Below, one piece after another: positions 60,883-64,000 of a stretch of DNA of 64,000 nucleotides. Position numbers and translations under genes: made by a program. The notes beneath the pieces were generated by a model that was not told the origin of the DNA, ran no database searches, and worked only from the letters and a program-made list of their open reading frames with translations. Position 1 is the first letter of the stretch. Each line of letters opens with the position of its first letter. The DNA lies in NCBI GenBank assembly GCA_965238005.1, contig OZ250165.1, positions 1,440,001 to 1,504,000 of the forward strand. The letters run 5' to 3'. This DNA is from Longimicrobiales bacterium. Its GTDB lineage: Bacteria > Gemmatimonadota > Gemmatimonadetes > Longimicrobiales > Gaopeijiaceae.

Positions 60883-60979
60883 CCCGCAGCGATACACCTT
60901 GTGGGTGGTGCGGGCCGCGGTAGATTCTGCGGGTCGCCCGGGTACTCCCGGCTGGACCCAACTCAGAGGCGGATACTCA

Positions 60980-61180
60980 ATGACTCGCGTTCTCGGCGTG
61001 CTCGCCGGTGTCGGAATCCTCGTGATGGCGGGCTTCACCTTCCAGGATTCGGCCGCCGGCTGGGCGGACGGTCACTCGGATATCGGATTCTGGTGGGCGG
61101 TCATCACGGTGCTTCTCACCATCGCAGGCGTCGGGACCATCATCGGGACCTGGATCCACACTCAGCCGACCGAGGGCTGA
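60980..61180 (+). CDS. Small two-TM hypothetical protein
   Basis: 66 aa with two hydrophobic helices; ATG after GAGG/GGA. Confidence 0.6.
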   Translation: MTRVLGVLAGVGILVMAGFTFQDSAAGWADGHSDIGFWWAVITVLLTIAGVGTIIGTWIHTQPTEG

Positions 61181-61184
61181 CGCC

Positions 61185-61850
61185 ATCGGGGCTTCCGGCG
61201 CGCGGTCACGACCATCTAAGATCGTCTGCATAGGGCGCAACTACCACGCCCACGCCGCGGAGTTGGGGAATGTCGTCCCCGACGAGCCGCTCATCTTCCT
61301 CAAGCCGCCCTCCAGCGTCATCGGTCCCGGGGCGCCCATCGTCGTCCCGTCCGGAGTGGGGAGGGTCGACTACGAGGGTGAGATCGGAATCCGAATCGGT
61401 GTTCCCGCCCGGTATGTGCCCGAGGCGGGGGCGTGGGGGGTCGTGGACGGGGTCTTGCCGTTGAACGATGTGACGGCACGAGACCTACAGCGGAAAGACA
61501 GCCAGTGGTCCAGGGCAAAGGGGTTCGACACGTTCTGTCCCCTTGGCTCCGTCTCTCCCTTCGGCTCCGACTCTCCCCTCGAGCCCGACGACTTTCCGGA
61601 GCTGGTGCTCGTCACTCGGGTCAACGGCGTGGAGCGCCAGAGGGCTCCGGCTTCCGAGATGGTGTTCTCCGTCCCGATGTTGATCGCGTACATCTCCCGA
61701 ATCATGACGCTCGATCCCGGTGACGTCATTGCCACCGGGACGCCCGAGGGGATCGGTGCGCTGGAGCCGGGCGACGAGGTCGAGGTGGAGATCGAGGGGG
61801 TGGGTACGCTTCGGAATCCCGTGGTGGGGGAGGAGGACGGTGGCGCCTAA
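61185..61850 (+). CDS. Fumarylacetoacetate hydrolase family protein (no canonical start at expected position)
   Basis: PSKIVCIGRNY..HA.E (upstream of the called TTG 61263), FLKP, DYEGE, NDVTARD, KGFDTF, GDVIATGTP. Confidence 0.85.
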   Translation: MGASGARSRPSKIVCIGRNYHAHAAELGNVVPDEPLIFLKPPSSVIGPGAPIVVPSGVGRVDYEGEIGIRIGVPARYVPEAGAWGVVDGVLPLNDVTARDLQRKDSQWSRAKGFDTFCPLGSVSPFGSDSPLEPDDFPELVLVTRVNGVERQRAPASEMVFSVPMLIAYISRIMTLDPGDVIATGTPEGIGALEPGDEVEVEIEGVGTLRNPVVGEEDGGA

Positions 61851-63009
61851 GCGAAGCCGGTCGTTCCTCAGCCTCCCGGGCTATCCCCTGGCAGGCATCC
61901 CGGAAAAGCGTCGGCGTTTGGCGGCTGCCGGAGTCGACGTCATCGATCTGGGAGCTGGGGACGCCGATCTCGACCCGCCTCCGGCGGCGGTTGCACGACT
62001 CGCCGAGGCGGCCGAGCAGCGTGAGATGTCTCGCTACCCCTTCCAGTTGGGTCTGCCCGCGTTCCGCGAGTCGGTGGCCGCGTGGATGGAAAAGCGCTTC
62101 GGTGTTCGTCTCGATCCCTACCAGGAAGTGCTGCCTCTTCTGGGCTCCAAGGAGGGTATCGCCAACCTGCCGCTAGCCTTCCTCGACCCGGGGGACGTGG
62201 CGGTAATCCCTGATCCGGGCTACCAATCGTACAGGGGAGGAGTGATCCTCGCCGGGGGAGAGCCGCACCTCGTGCCCCTCCGTCCCGAGAACGACTTCCT
62301 GATTCCTCTGGACGACTTTCCAGAGGAAGTGCGGTCGCGAATTCGGATGCTCTACCTGAACTATCCGAACAACCCGACGGCCGCTTCGGCGCCACAGAAG
62401 TATCTCAGGGACGCGGTGGACTTCTGCCGCGAGAACGATGCCGTGTTGGTCTACGATCACGCCTACAGCGAGATCGCCTTTAACGGGTATCGCCCTCCGA
62501 GCGTCTTGGAGTCGGAGGATTCGGGTGGAGTGGCCCTGGAGTTCCATTCCTTTTCGAAGACCTACAACATGACGGGGTGGCGCCTGGGATGGGCGGCCGG
62601 CGGAGCCGAGCTGATCGAGGTCCTGTCGAAGGTGAAGACGTTCGTCGACACCGGTGTGTTCAAGGCCGTGCAGGCAGCTGGAGCCGCGGCCCTCGAGTCC
62701 TATGACGAGTGGGTGCCAGGCAACGTGGCTCGTTTCGAGCGTCGGCGGGACGTCGCGGTGGAGAGCCTGCGGGAGGCCGGCTTCGCGGTGACGGTGCCCA
62801 AAGCCACTATGTATCTCTGGGTCCCCGTGCCCGGAGACGCATCTTCACTGGCTTTCGCGGAGCGCGCACTGGAGGAGGAGGGCGTTGTGATCCTCCCCGG
62901 CGCGGCACTCGGCGCGGGGGGTGAGGGATTCTTCAGAGTGGCGCTCACTGTCGACGAAGAGCGCATCAGGGAGGCGGCGGGGAGATTGGGGAGGCTCATC
63001 CGGGGTTGA
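61840..63009 (+). CDS. PLP-dependent class I aminotransferase, probable LL-diaminopimelate aminotransferase-type
   Basis: DVIDLG.G, LLGSKEG, LNYPNNPT, D.AYSE, EFHSFSKTYNMTGWR, GEGFFR. Confidence 0.8.
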   Translation: MAPKRSRSFLSLPGYPLAGIPEKRRRLAAAGVDVIDLGAGDADLDPPPAAVARLAEAAEQREMSRYPFQLGLPAFRESVAAWMEKRFGVRLDPYQEVLPLLGSKEGIANLPLAFLDPGDVAVIPDPGYQSYRGGVILAGGEPHLVPLRPENDFLIPLDDFPEEVRSRIRMLYLNYPNNPTAASAPQKYLRDAVDFCRENDAVLVYDHAYSEIAFNGYRPPSVLESEDSGGVALEFHSFSKTYNMTGWRLGWAAGGAELIEVLSKVKTFVDTGVFKAVQAAGAAALESYDEWVPGNVARFERRRDVAVESLREAGFAVTVPKATMYLWVPVPGDASSLAFAERALEEEGVVILPGAALGAGGEGFFRVALTVDEERIREAAGRLGRLIRG

Positions 63010-63075
63010 GGGAGGGCCCCTGGCGACGAGGCGCTCCTAGAGGAACCGCCATTCCAAGGGGGCGTACAAGAGCCG

Positions 63076-63927
63076 ATGACAGCACCGAAGGCTTTTGACC
63101 GCCATTCGGGACATGGGTTGACCGACAACCCTCGCCCCTCTCACCGCCGTGTGATGTCGCTCGGGTTCGGCCTGTCGGCTAGCCTCCACCTCATCCTCAT
63201 CATCCTGTACTCCTTCGGCCTCAACGAGTGGGGTCCGAGGGAGAACCGCGTGGGTGTGGAATCCGTCTCCAGGCCGTTTTTCGGCATGCGTGTGGTTCAG
63301 GTGGTGGAGATCTCATCGCCCGAGGCTCCTGCCGAAGCTCCTCGAGAAGAGCCGGAGCCCGATCCGGAGCCGGAGGTGCAAGGACCGGAGCCGGCCGTCG
63401 GCCCGGCCCGAGAGGGCCCGGACGAGGAGGAGGACACCAGGGGTGTGGTACGGGCCGCAGATGCGCTGAGAGTGCGGAGCTCCGATGCCCGGCTCTGGCG
63501 TGCCGCTCTTCCGGAGATCTTCGAGCTCACGGAGGCCGAAAGGCTTCAGTTGGAGCTGGCCGGCCGCCTCGAAGCGTGGAACGACTCGGTGGCCGCCGTC
63601 ATCTCGGCCGAGACGGCCTTGACCGACTGGACGATGACGGATGACCAAGGCAACCGTTGGGGTGTGTCTCCTGGAAAGCTCCATCTCGGAAGCCTGACGC
63701 TACCCCTGCCGTTCAGGTTCGGAGGCACGACGTGGCAGCGCGAGCGGGCCGCAAGGCGGGCGTGGGAGGATGCGGACATCTTCAACAGCGTCAGCTCCCA
63801 GGCCGCCCGGGCCAGCTGGGTGGAGCGGGCCAGAGCCATCCGCGAGCGGAAGGAAAGGCAGCGCCGAGAGGCCGAGCAGAGGCCCGATACGACCCGCAGC
63901 TCTGGAGTCAGCCCCCCCCCCCGCTAG
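63076..63927 (+). CDS. Hypothetical single-TM protein with Pro/Glu linker
   Basis: TM with S-x3-H (SASLH), EPEPDPEPE linker, Trp-rich C-terminal domain. Confidence 0.65.
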   Translation: MTAPKAFDRHSGHGLTDNPRPSHRRVMSLGFGLSASLHLILIILYSFGLNEWGPRENRVGVESVSRPFFGMRVVQVVEISSPEAPAEAPREEPEPDPEPEVQGPEPAVGPAREGPDEEEDTRGVVRAADALRVRSSDARLWRAALPEIFELTEAERLQLELAGRLEAWNDSVAAVISAETALTDWTMTDDQGNRWGVSPGKLHLGSLTLPLPFRFGGTTWQRERAARRAWEDADIFNSVSSQAARASWVERARAIRERKERQRREAEQRPDTTRSSGVSPPPR

Positions 63928-63939
63928 GTGCCGCCGTCG

Positions 63940-63986
63940 CAGGAAATAACTCTTTCCTTCCCAGGGTAACTCTTTTCCTCCCCAGG
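63940..63986 (+). repeat. Imperfect direct repeat (about 20 bp x2)
   Basis: TAACTCTTTCCTTCCCAGG followed by TAACTCTTTTCCTCCCCAGG. Confidence 0.6.
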
Positions 63987-64000
63987 ATGAGCCGCAATAT

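Overview
High-GC bacterial chromosomal segment. Gene order and protein families suggest Gemmatimonadota, but this is inference only. It is mostly housekeeping: rseP (partial), serS, a sensor kinase, pcrA, gatCAB, murA, the rimP-nusA-ylxQ-infB-DUF503-rbfA-truB-ribF-rpsO-pnp cluster, an M16 peptidase, ald, dut, mreBCD-mrdA-rodA, accD, folC, hisS, archaeal/eukaryote-type proS, guaA, mce, trxA and rsmI. Four things stand out. (1) Three loci are decayed while neighbouring core genes are intact: lysA with five separate lesions, a PTS-IIA/cation antiporter deletion-fusion, and a frameshifted RidA-family gene. (2) Two related families of non-autonomous MITE-like elements have CTAG ends; three copies sit exactly on TAG stop codons, and the families share internal motifs. 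(3) A coupled four-gene uncharacterised envelope operon encodes a DUF4159-like protein, a 1128-aa coiled-coil membrane protein, a TPR-like protein and an exported protein with a GATase-like Cys/His/Glu motif set. (4) A JAMM/JAB-DinG helicase fusion follows that operon. No rRNA, tRNA, CRISPR array or transposase was seen. Several start codons were re-assigned by eye and are approximate.
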